Shown here: positions 38,807-49,120 of the stretch, piece by piece
Layout: the number at the start of each line of letters is the position of its first letter
How positions within the stretch are numbered: position 1 is the first letter of the stretch
Assembly (NCBI RefSeq): GCF_001194135.2
Contig: NC_068985.1
Coordinates: forward strand, 31,734,348-31,798,347
Length of the DNA: 64,000 nucleotides
Origin: Octopus bimaculoides
Lineage: Eukaryota
Direction: 5' to 3'
Translations under genes and position numbers: made by a program
The notes under the pieces: model-generated
The model's input: only the letters and a program-made list of their open reading frames with translations
What the model was told of the DNA's origin: nothing
The model's database searches: none

Positions 38807-41800
38807 ATTTATCTATCTTATTTCATTAGCCTTTAAAGGTTTATTTGATTGATACTTTATCAGAAATTAATTTTATGAATTTTCCTTGGTAATTGCTTGC
38901 TATCATATTAATATTTTTATCTTCATAATTACATATTATCATAATTTTCAACATTTCTAATAGATACATCTCAATGTTTGCTTCAAAACATCAAATATCT
39001 TTGCTTATTTATTGTTAACAACAGCTAGAACTGTTATGTTTTATCTACCAACATATATAGCTGGGATGTAACAGCATTAACAAGATTGGAAAAAATATCT
39101 TTCCCCTACCAAGTCCAATCTAATTATAATTATTATCTAGCATGTATCATAAATTTGTGTCTCTCACAAATTGGATGGCTAGCAGTGGACCCATTTATAA
39201 GAAACTTCTTTAAGAAAATACTGTCTATGCCCATGCTATCCATATCAACAATGTCTTTTATAGTTTCATCTAGATTTTAACATTTTTCCCCTAATTATTC
39301 ATCATCCTTTCTCTTTTCTCTCCATATTCTGCTTTGGCAGTTCAAAGACACTCAACTGCCAAGTTTCTTAACACACACACACATTTGTGTAAGAAATGAT
39401 GATTACATGAATTTTGAGGATATTAGTGGCTGTTGCTCTTTAGCCCCATTCAATGCTGATCAAAGCATCTGGTCATGACCTTCCAGTTTTTTTAGGAGTC
39501 CCTAGAACTACATTATGTGAAACAGTGAGGTGTTATTTGAAAGTGATATGGTTGCAATTTCAAGCAGGTTGGAAAGCCATCTTGAAGCTCCTCTCACTGA
39601 CTCAAGGAGAACAGAGATAATTTGTGTAAGCTATACTGAATCCAGAAAAAATATGAAACGGTAAAATTACAGTGGTGTGCAGTGAAAATCAGTATTCCAC
39701 ATGGTGCACTTGTGTTTGGAGACAAGTTTACATTTAACTTATAAACAGGAAAAAATAAACATTAAATAAAATATTGGTTTTATTTTCAGAGTTATCTGTA
39801 CAGATGTGATAGATGAACGTCTACAACTAGCAAAAAAGATGGGAGCAGATGTAACTGTCAACTCTTCAAACCAGGATCTCAAAAATGTTAGTGTTTTACT
39901 TTATACTTAGACTCAAATATTTCAAATTTCTGTGGCATGAAGTAAGAGAATTTCAGAATTGAGAAATCAGGTTATTTAATAATAAAAAACCCCTAAAAAG
40001 TCTTTACTGAGTGAAGTTATAACAATGAGCTAATATAGAAAATGCAATTTCTCTCTGTCTGTCTGTCTCTCTCTTTTGTTAAAGATTTTGTTGGGAGGAA
40101 AAGACCATCGGAAGCTGTTGAAATTCCATACTGATTGGTTGATGTTCAGCTTAAGAAGCTGCAAGTCAAAGTATGCAGGAAAAACAGGGTGGAAAAAGAA
40201 TTCTGGAATTGACATTCTGAGGAGCAAAGATGAAGCAGAATAGTTAGTGTGAGTCGTAGAAGGAGAAACACAGAACAGGTGATAAGATGGGGAAAGATTT
40301 GTGCGCTCTGGTGAAAGTAATATGCAACTAGCAAGTTCTATGTGCAAGAGGTTGCAGTCTGTTGGTGAATTCTTACCATTGAACTAGATGACTTTCTTTT
40401 TGATGAAATCTGGGATGCTTGTAGGTCTGCAATTTAGTAACATCTTTCCAAACATGAGAGTAGTAGTCTTTTGTGAATCTCGCCTGAGTTTTGTAAGTGT
40501 TTAAGCTGAAGTATTTTTTAGCTCTGAAGAGGAAAAAGTTTATGCTATTTTACAAATTTCTCACTAGGAATGATCATCAGATATTAATGTTTGAAATTTT
40601 TATCTGTTTGAGAGTTTTAGTTCTGTTATCCAAAGCTAGAATTAAAGCAAATAGAGATAATGGGTTCATTAATTTATTTGATCATTTTATGTGTTTTACC
40701 ATGCTAGCATGGGTTAGATGAACACATTAATAAAACATTGTTTTACAGCCAAATGACTTTCTTGCTCTCCAATCCTTACCTGTTTTTCAAGTGAGGAAAC
40801 TTTCATTCCATTAAATGTTTAAAGCACAGAGAAACTGAATGATTTACTAATAAGGATACGTCTGCTATTAATTCTTACATTTCCCGTTAATTCTTACAGC
40901 TTCATTTTCTGTTTAAGCAATTCTTAACATTAACTTCTTAATGCCTCTTCTACTTTTTCCTAGCCCCCATACTTACCGAAAACATCAATTAAAACTTTTT
41001 CTAATGCAATTCCCCTTTCTTCTGCCATTAACACAACCAGTTGCTCACACACCTTACAGTTTCTCATTCAAACTACATAATAGGCAGAATTGTCAGATTG
41101 AGACAGTAGGGTTTTTTGAGGGAGATTTGGCTGCTATTTCTACCAGGTCTACCTACCATGTAGAGACGATAGTGGATTTATGGAAAAGAAATTTAACATA
41201 TCCTTTCCATAAATCAACTATCGTAAAAATTTTCTACAATGACCATACATTTTCTATGTATGTGTGTGTACCTTAAGAAACGTCAATCATCACAACACAC
41301 ACCTTCACTCACTCTCTCTTTCTCTCTCACATACACACACACAAGCACGCATGCACACCCACACACACACACGTCCATTTCATATATCTTCTTTCAATTT
41401 CTGCTCTCTGTAAATAAAATTTTTATGGATACAACTGCTTACAAAAATAGGGATTAATGTATAATTTCTTTCTATGTTCATAATTAAATCAATGTTTTAA
41501 TGATTAGACAGAGATCCAACAGAATAGCTCTCAGAAACAGACTACATGTAAATTCGTTCTTCACAACTTCTGAAGCTGTTTTCTGACAGGGGTGGGGTCA
41601 GGAAATTTTCATACAGCTGGAGGCTTCAATTGAAACAGGGGACCTGAAATGATAAGGTTGAGAAACGCTGTTATAGATTATGCCTTACCGAAAATGATCA
41701 CAGCCACATCATCCAAACAGACCAGGTGAAACCAGGCTTAGCTGCTAGTGATCCAATATTTTTAAGGGAGAGGAAATAAAGAATGATAAAATTTGTGCCT

Positions 41801-44800
41801 TTCTAAAAAGTGCTAGTAGCACAAATGAAGTGAAATGGCATTGCCTAGAGATTGAAATCATCCCATTGATACACAAGACATATTTTCTTAGCATCCATGC
41901 ATCATATATAGGAGACACATTCCCAATTTTTTTATACCGGGACTTGTCAGTGATCCTTTTCTTCCAGCCAGTGGTGTTTTAGATTTTTGGAAGGGTTGGG
42001 CCACTAACAACAAAGTTCTTTTCATCATTGGCAGCTCACCTTACTGAGGTGTCAGGTGATGCGTGTGAAGGTACTTGGCTGTTACAACACCTTAGACTCA
42101 CCATCATCTGTGGTAATGCCATGAGCATGTTGGCTGGCTTCAGTAGATTCTGTTGAACCTTGTGGTGAGCAACTAATTGAGGCAATTGGTGTTGAATTGA
42201 TGCTTTTCCCCCCTTTCTTCCTCTTTTCCTTTCATTCTTTGCTCCTGTTTGTGTTTTCTATGGTTTTGGATTTGTATTTTATTGTGGTTTTATATTATAT
42301 ATGTATCATATACATATGTGTTATATTCAAAAAAATATAAAAACCAAACTTGGGACTTATGAAGAGAAAGTTTTACATTACTTAGAACATATGAAACAAA
42401 GATTGAAAACAAACATGGACTTTTAGAACAAAGTTATGAAAATAACTTGTTTCATAAGCTTTATATGGTTTACTTTCATGTCAGTGATACAGGTGTAAAT
42501 TGTAAAATCAAAAAGAAAAATTAGTATGACAATTTTACAAAGTGAATATCATTTCTGTTGTTCCAGTTCATTATGAATTTAACAAATGATGATGGTATTA
42601 ACCGAATTTGTGAATGCAGTGGTTCAACAATTATGGTGAATTCCATGTTTGGTATGCTCAGAAAGGGTGGTCATATTGTCATGGTTGGTTTGCCAAAAGA
42701 ACCAATCCACATTGAAAATACCGTTCAAGACATACGTAAGTGGTAATGTTTCTCACTAATTTTAATTTTTTCACAACAGGCAGAGGCATAGCTGTGTGGT
42801 TAAGAAGCTTGCTTCCCAACCATGAGATCTTGGGTTCAGTCCCATTATGCAAAACCTTGGGCAAGTGTCTTCTACTATAACTCCAGGTCAACCACAGCTT
42901 GTGTGTGTGTGTGTGTATATATATATACACACACACACACAAAGCTTTGGCTTGGCTGCAGTCCAATGACTGAAACGAGTAAAAGATGATAAAATAGAAG
43001 ATATTTTATAATTGAAACCAAACTAGTCTATTTCATTTTTATTGGCTTAATCTAGAGGGAAAGAATGTGTCCATATCTTCATTGTTCCTCCAAGACCAGT
43101 AGTATCAATTGCTTTAGAAATGTTGAAAGTTGCAGGAAAAATATTAGCAAGGAAGGAATTCAAGAGAACCAATGTTCTGAGGAAGGAGTACAGTGTGAAA
43201 CCTGTGAAGATGAACACAATATGAATGGTGTATATGGAAGTGAGGAATATCTGGGTGGAAGTGATACAAAGCCAGCCAACTCTGTGAAGCAGAGGTCACT
43301 GTAGTAGCAGCAATGACAATGCTCTAGATTTTGCCCCTTATATTCATCAAGCTCTTCAGTCTCTCTCTCTCGCTCTCTCACAGTAGGTATACACTCTGAT
43401 CTTTAGAAACAGATTACAGTATGTCCCATTCCCAAGAAAGATAACTCCACTGATTCTTTCAGCTATTGCACTTGCAGTATTTCAAACATAATAGAGACAG
43501 CCATTAATAGTGAAGTTCTGACATCTCGAATCTTTCTCTCTTTTAAACTAGTACCAGTACAGCATCTATAACGCTAAAAGATTCACTGGAAACCTACTCT
43601 TCCATGTTTCTCAATGGGGCTCCCATTTAGAAAAATTCAATGGAAGTAATATTCTTATCTTAAATATCAATAAAACTTTTGAAGTGTCTGCCATGTGGAT
43701 CCTCTACTGAAATTTCACATCCATGAACACCTCCAGATTGCACCACCAGTGTATTGACAGAGTTCTGTTCCACATTCAATCAACTCAACGCCTACTCTTA
43801 TGCAGATGATACAACCCTTCATTCCTCCTTAACACTTCCCAATACATTATTCACATCCAACCCAAAACCCCACATGTGAAGCTTACACTAACTCTATGAA
43901 TGGAGACCTCCACAGCATTTTCCAAGGGACTATGCCCATCTTATCTCTTACAACAGAAGAAGAAAAAAGAAAAGAAAAAGGCATTCATATTAAGTAAACA
44001 TTGTTACATCTTACTTCTCTCAAACATGGGCAGTACTCAACTAGAGCTTTCGTGATTGCTCCACATATTAGGTCTCACTATCACCAAGGATTTTCTCTAT
44101 GAGAAGTGCATCCTTAGCTAGAACCACATCCCAAAGACTGACCATTCTCTTCATGATCAAAAATACTTCAGTTTCCAACAGTTGCTGACACTCTACAAAG
44201 CTCAATTGATGCCCACAACAGAAAGGTGCTGCTGTTACACAAACATTCCTGACTGTATTCAGAGAAAGAACACTTGAATGATTGGCCTAAAATCACTATC
44301 AGACATGCTCCGACTTCTGATCAACAGGTATACTGTCTTCTCTCTGACTTTTCTACATTTGCTATAATGGCCCTTATAGCCTGTTTCTCATAGCAGGCTG
44401 GTCTTGTGCCACTTCCACTCAAGCACTCCAAATCAACTCTTTTATCCTCCTCTCAACACTCATGCTGTGTCCAATCTCTCAGTCTAATCCCAACACTTAG
44501 TCCTGAGCCTCCAGAACATTGGCTCTCTAGAATTTCTCCCTTGCAGGTATCAGCTTGGAACAATTTAAGTAAAACAAATGGCATCAATCTCACCAGTATT
44601 TGAGAGTGAATCTGCAAGGTTATGGACACAACACTTTACCAACTTTGTATTGTACTTTTTTTGTTATTTAAATAATTATTTTTATTACAAGTTGAATTCG
44701 CAAATATTATAAATTAAATTAGCTTTTTCTAAATTTTCGTTTTCAGTTTTTAAATCTTTGACTCTAAAAACAGTACATGGTAGACGTATATTCCATACTT

Positions 44801-44943
44801 GGGAATGCTGTGAAATGTTGGTGTTTAGTGGTCAAGTTGATGTTAAGCCACTGATTACACATAAGTTTCCAATGAGAGAATTTGAAGAAGCATTCAAGAC
44901 TATCTTCAGTGGAAAGTGTGTTAAAGCTATCATTGAACCCTAA
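29378..44943 (+). CDS. tdh: Zn-dependent MDR dehydrogenase resembling prokaryotic-type L-threonine 3-dehydrogenase; 6 exons, 353 aa
   Basis: Exons 29378-29538, 34832-35118, 36639-36789, 39790-39886, 42567-42735 and 44747-44943 total 1062 nt; all GT-AG with compatible phases (2,1,2,0,1). Motifs: CGSD..YKWNE, GHE, CDHCYQCx7C, LLEPLG, IGCGAIG, ICTDV, IFHTW, ITHKF. The MDR family is secure; the substrate is inferred. Confidence 0.85.
30480..31115 (+). mobile_element. SINE family A copy interrupted by a SINE family B insertion (30641-30864)
   Basis: 17-bp TSD agaaact(a/g)aaagaagcc at 30624-30640 and 30865-30881. Confidence 0.8.
31430..31900 (-). mobile_element. RTE LINE RT C-terminal fragment
   Basis: Minus translation SVLLYDSKIWQMNANIL*KLQTFMNRCLRNI resembles RTE VLLYGSETW...KLQTFxNRCLRRIL. 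Confidence 0.6.
32200..32340. repeat. Compound (ATT)(GAT)(GTT) trinucleotide microsatellite
   Basis: Directly visible. Confidence 0.9.
32335..34440 (-). mobile_element. Gypsy/Ty3 LTR retrotransposon 3' half (RT end, RNase H, integrase, PPT, partial 3' LTR), degenerate
   Basis: LLGYEI...GLFAYYSKWIPKFS (RT). KPVAFFSRTL..ERRYSCIEKE (RNase H). LTLVDEYSHF...IHSDNA...YNPHGNAQCERYN (integrase). PPT GGGGGCAGGGAA (32461-72) is followed by TG at 32460. Confidence 0.85.
34832..35118 (+). CDS. tdh: tdh-like exon 2
   Basis: WNEVAKLLANIPFTPGHECAG...FFCDHCYQCKHGLQGIC...LKTNI. Confidence 0.9.
35150..35546 (-). mobile_element. SINE family A, near-consensus copy just downstream of the tdh exon 2 donor
   Basis: CpG-rich, near-identical in reverse to 48179-48750 and 56375-56860. 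Confidence 0.85.
35851..36439 (+). mobile_element. Non-autonomous mariner deletion derivative with TIRs and TA TSD
   Basis: TA|ttaggtcatcacgtatga ... tcatacttgacaacctaa|TA. Transposase N-terminus (MDKSEICTLLKYEF) is joined to the C-terminus (LPLKWKKCIDNMGAYFDE). Confidence 0.8.
36639..36789 (+). CDS. tdh: tdh-like exon 3
   Basis: SFLEATLLEPLGVSHQA...IIGCGAIGLLATSVAKALGANR. Confidence 0.9.
38041..38950. repeat. Long inverted repeat/foldback element (~350-bp arms, ~210-bp spacer)
   Basis: 38041-38401 is the near reverse complement of 38610-38950, including an internal (CA)n/(TG)n tract. Confidence 0.85.
39790..39886 (+). CDS. tdh: tdh-like exon 4
   Basis: VICTDVIDERLQLAKKMGADVTVNSSNQDLKN; donor GTTAGT. 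Confidence 0.88.
42567..42735 (+). CDS. tdh: tdh-like exon 5
   Basis: FIMNLTNDDGINRICECSG...GGHIVMVGLPKEPIHIENTVQDI. Confidence 0.88.
42780..42990 (+). mobile_element. SINE family A, internally deleted copy
   Basis: Family A head plus tail. Confidence 0.7.
44747..44943 (+). CDS. tdh: tdh-like exon 6 (stop TAA 44941-43)
   Basis: LFKSLTLKTVHGRRIFHTWE...PLITHKFPMREFEEAF...KAIIEP*. Confidence 0.9.
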
Positions 44944-45028
44944 ATTGGAATACCATTGGCCTCAATCTAAATATTTTTTAAGTTTTGGTTTTCACTAAAG
45001 ATTGCTAATTGTAATAAGTTGAATTTAT

Positions 45029-45034
45029 AATAAA
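45029..45034 (+). terminator. Candidate polyadenylation signal for the tdh-like gene
   Basis: AATAAA 85 nt after the stop; a second AATAAA lies near 45178. Confidence 0.5.
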
Positions 45035-47884
45035 GCAAAAATTTCATTGGTATTTAATATTTCACTTATAAAAAACATGTTGCTTTCCTGAAAGGACCAT
45101 ACCTATTCCTCTAAAATATGTTGATATGTTTATCACCTGGAGAGCATTCTGAAAAAAAATTGTACTACAATTGTTCAATAAAGTCTAGTTACTCTTTATC
45201 ACTTGTCAAGCTTGGAATATTGCTTATGATTTTATCTATGTCATTTTTACTAACACTTCACAACACATTCTCAGTTAAAATGTAAGAGAATTGGACTCAA
45301 TATTGTAACCATATGTACATGTTTGCATAAAAGTGTATATGCATGCACATATGCATGTGTGTGTCTGTTCATGTAAACAGGATTACTTCTTAACCTGTTG
45401 AAGAGTATATTAATACTGAACTCATATGTAACCCTGCATAGTTTAAATATGGCAAATATTTATCACACTTTTGACAAAATATTCAGAGAGTGGTAGAGGA
45501 GGAGAGTGATGAATAGTAATAGAGATAGACAATGGGAAGAATAAGCAATGTATGTCAATAAGAAGTGGTTTTGAGAAGAGGGAGTGATAACTGACAATAC
45601 AGAAAGGGTGATGGTAGGATTTATCATGTACTGCCATCCTCGGTTATGCTAGCAGAATAATAGTGACTATAAGAGAAGATGAGAGGAGAGAGGATAAATT
45701 GGTTCCTAGAATATTAATGAATTTCTTTGCATTACTAGCAAGTATAGTGCTATTTGCTATATAGATACAGCAAATAATTTTTACAAGTAATTTTGAAGCA
45801 AATGAATTTTACAAACGGTTTTGTAGCAAATGATATTTTTACAATAATAACATATTGAGGAAGAGAAGAGAGTAACAGCTTAAAGATATTAGAATAATGT
45901 GAAAGATAAAAAATTTGTGAATGCCCACTTCTAACTAAAGAAACTTATATTGATAACAGCAATTATTGAAATTGCTTCAGTTATTCAAGGTCCAGCTCGA
46001 TTCAACCATTTGTAATTTGGTAGTTGAGAAGACTGATTGACATTGTAATTTTAACAGATTTAGATTCATTAAAAGTCAACTTCAGCAGCAAACACATGTT
46101 TACAACATGTTCTGCTTGATGTCAATCACTGATTTTCCCTTAATTTTGTAAGGGAAAATGTCACGGAAGTTCTCTTCTTCCATGTGTTTATTTATAGTTC
46201 TTTAGAAGACAGCATCAACATTGGTAACACCAAACTATATTCAGGTAAATTGATTGCTGCAAACACCATAAAAGTCTTATCACAGTCAAAATGTTCAGAA
46301 GGTCATATACACTTTTACGATCAAAAATTGAGAATATGTGATAAATTGTTAAACTGTTCCCCATAGTCTCCATGCTTGGTAAAGGGTATAAATGTTTATT
46401 GTAGACAAATAATTAATGCACATTTGCTTCTTGTTATGCTTAAGAGTCATCTCTTACACTTGCACACACCATGTTCTATAATCCCTTCAGAAAATAATCA
46501 CTGAATTTCTTAAGGTATGAACTCTTGATCAGCAGGACTAAACTTCCTGGACTGAGTAGCTATAGGTTCACATCTTTCTTTATGTTTGCAAATAACAATG
46601 GCTTGTACATTTTCCTTGTGGCCACACTACATACAGAATTATTTACAAAGTTTGAAATCTTGAGCTCAGATCTATTTCCTCTGTATACTATTGTAACTGA
46701 GAACATTGTTTAAAAATCTGTTTTGAGAATCACACCACTAAAAAGATCCTTAAAAATGCCCAGACAAGTGTTTGGATATGGCGTATCATTTAAGCAAAGA
46801 TCATCAGTGCACTTGTTTGCTCATCACAGAAGCAGTAACTAAGGACTTGTCAGTGAGAAATAGGTTGAATAAGTAACCAAACTTACTGGTTACCAAAAAT
46901 CTGATAAGACATGAACCTTACTTTCCATTAACTGTGATTTTGCAGTAAAAGAGTGTAAACACCAAGGAGCAGCAATTGAGAAGTCACAAAGAAATGACGT
47001 AAACCATAACTTTCTTCTTCATCAGGCAAACTCTTACCCAGTGACATTTTTCCCACATGAGAAGTATTCACTTTACTCATGGATAAATATTAGAGCCACA
47101 AACCCAGCAACATTTCTTACTTATTATCCCTGCAAGTGCTACATCTTTAAAAGGAGCATCAGCTTGCTGAAGAATACATAAAGGCTTATGAGCTTTTTCC
47201 ATATACCCTGATATACTGCTACAACCATAGAACAAAGTTGTTGAAATGTCTCAGAGTTGTACTGTACAAGAACCAAAGCTCTAGTTTGATCATAACTGTG
47301 AGAGTTTCACAGATGTTGGCATATACATCATCATCATTTAATGTCCATTGTCCATGATGGCATGGGTTGGACGATTTGACCAGGGCTGGCAAGCTGGAAG
47401 GCTGCACCAGACTGGAGTCTGGTGCAACCTTCCAGTCTGATATCTGTGTATGACAATTCATTTACGAAGGCACTCCTTACCAGCTACTCATGATATTGTT
47501 CAGTTGCTGCACTTTACAATGTGCAATTTTTACTGAGATCGTACAGAAATTGAAGAAAATCATCTAAGACTTTACCAAGTACGTGACACCTTGTACCAAG
47601 TTATTACTAGCAAATAGATTTCCTTTTTTATATCACCTTTTCTGATGTTGAAATTACTGTATCAAAGTCTATAGTATCCACTGTCACTGACACATATTTT
47701 GTTTAGTAGTGTAGTTTGTCAAGTGTTCTTTCACCGCATTCAGCAATGAAATTTAATTTCCAAAAGTTCTTAACCAGTCAACAGCTACTGAGTTTGCATC
47801 TACATCAAATTTGTCAAAGTAGACTATGCATTTTATGATGTTGGTTTATAAGGTGAATAAATTAATATATATATATATAGACTG

Positions 47885-48178
47885 GCTCCTGTAGGATTTT
47901 CGAGCGAGATCGTTGCCAGCGCCCCTGGACTGGCTTGTGCGGGTAGCACATAAAAGACACCATTTCGAGCGTGGCCGTTTTCGTGCGGGTGACACGTAAA
48001 AGCACCCACTACACTCTCTGAGTGGTTGGCGTTAGGAAGGGCATCCAGCTGTAGAAACTCTGCAAAATCAGACTGGAGCCTGGTGTTGCCATCCGGTTTC
48101 ACCAGTCCTCAGTCAAATCGTCCAACCCATGCTAGCATGGAAAGCGGACGTTAAACGATGATGATGATGATGATGATA
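47885..48178 (+). mobile_element. RTE-type LINE 3' end with (GAT)n tail
   Basis: ttggcgttaggaagggcatccagctgtagaaac...catgctagcatggaaagcggacgttaaacgatgatgat. Related copies lie at 47330-47450 (-), 60510-60615 (+) and 61375-61630 (-). Confidence 0.7.
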
Positions 48179-48750
48179 GGCGCAGGAGTGGCTATGTGGT
48201 AAGTAGCTTGCTTACCAACCACNNNNNNNNNNNNNNNNNNNNNNNNNNNNNNNNNNNNNNNNNNNNNNNNNNNNNNNNNNNNNNNNNNNNNNNNNNNNNN
48301 NNNNNNNNNNNNNNNNNNNNNNNNNNNNNNNNNNNNNNNNNNNNNNNNNNNNNNNNNNNNNNNNNNNNNNNNNNNNNNNNNNNNNNNNNNNNNNNNNNNN
48401 NNNNNNNNNNNNNNNNNNNNNNNNNNNNNNNNNNNNNNNNNNNNNNNNNNNNNNNNNNNNNNNNNNNNNNTATATATATATATATATTATAAATATATAT
48501 ATGTATATGTATATATGTATGTGTGTGTGTATATGTTTGTGTGTCTGTGTTTGTCCCCACCAACATCGCTTGACAACCGATGGTGGTGTGTTTACGTCCC
48601 CGTAACTTAGCGGTTCGGCAAAAGAGACCGATAGAATAAGTACTAGGCTTACAAAGAATAAGTCCTGGGGTCGATTTGCTTGACTAAAGGCGGTGCTCCA
48701 GCATGGCCGCAGTCAACTGACTGGAACAAGTAAAAGAGTAAAAGAGTATA
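48179..48750 (+). mobile_element. SINE family A, near-consensus copy (gap inside)
   Basis: ggcgcaggagtggctatgtggtaagtagc head and AAAAGAGT tail. Confidence 0.85.
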
Positions 48751-48797
48751 TAAGCTGAATAAATTGTTATAAATCAAAAACCTCTGACATCAAAGAT

Positions 48798-48803
48798 TTT
48801 ATT
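48798..48803 (-). terminator. Candidate ZPR1 polyadenylation signal
   Basis: AATAAA on the minus strand about 205 nt after the stop. Confidence 0.5.
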
Positions 48804-49009
48804 CAATCCATAACATAATGCAGTCAGCAAACAACTTACATTGGTAAAAGAAAAGGTTTGCAAATAATTAACATAAGAGATAACATAACTAAGATTTCAC
48901 ACTGATTGTAAGCTATGAATAAAGATAAGAACAAATATCTTTAAAACCAATAAGCAACTTTATAGTATTTTAAAATCAAAATGGATATGATTTAGTGCAT
49001 TAAATCTTC

Positions 49010-49120
49010 TTAATAATTCTCAGTTTTCATATCATTTAAGCCTAGACTTTCATTCTGTTCAAAATTCCTTTCATAATATGTGATTTTAAGGTCAGGGTCT
49101 TCTTCAGGAAAACATAAATC
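49010..49120 (-). CDS. ZPR1: ZPR1 last coding exon
   Basis: [36 protein letters not shown]. Confidence 0.93.
   Translation of the reverse strand, partial: DLCFPEEDPDLKITYYERNFEQNESLGLNDMKTENY

Noticed and set aside
41560-41675. hAT/Charlie-like terminus ggttgagaaacgctg
   Set aside because: No partner TIR or TSD found.
46000-47200. Possible piggyBac-like remnant
   Set aside because: Only fragmentary resemblance (GKNVTG*); no TIR or TTAA TSD identified.
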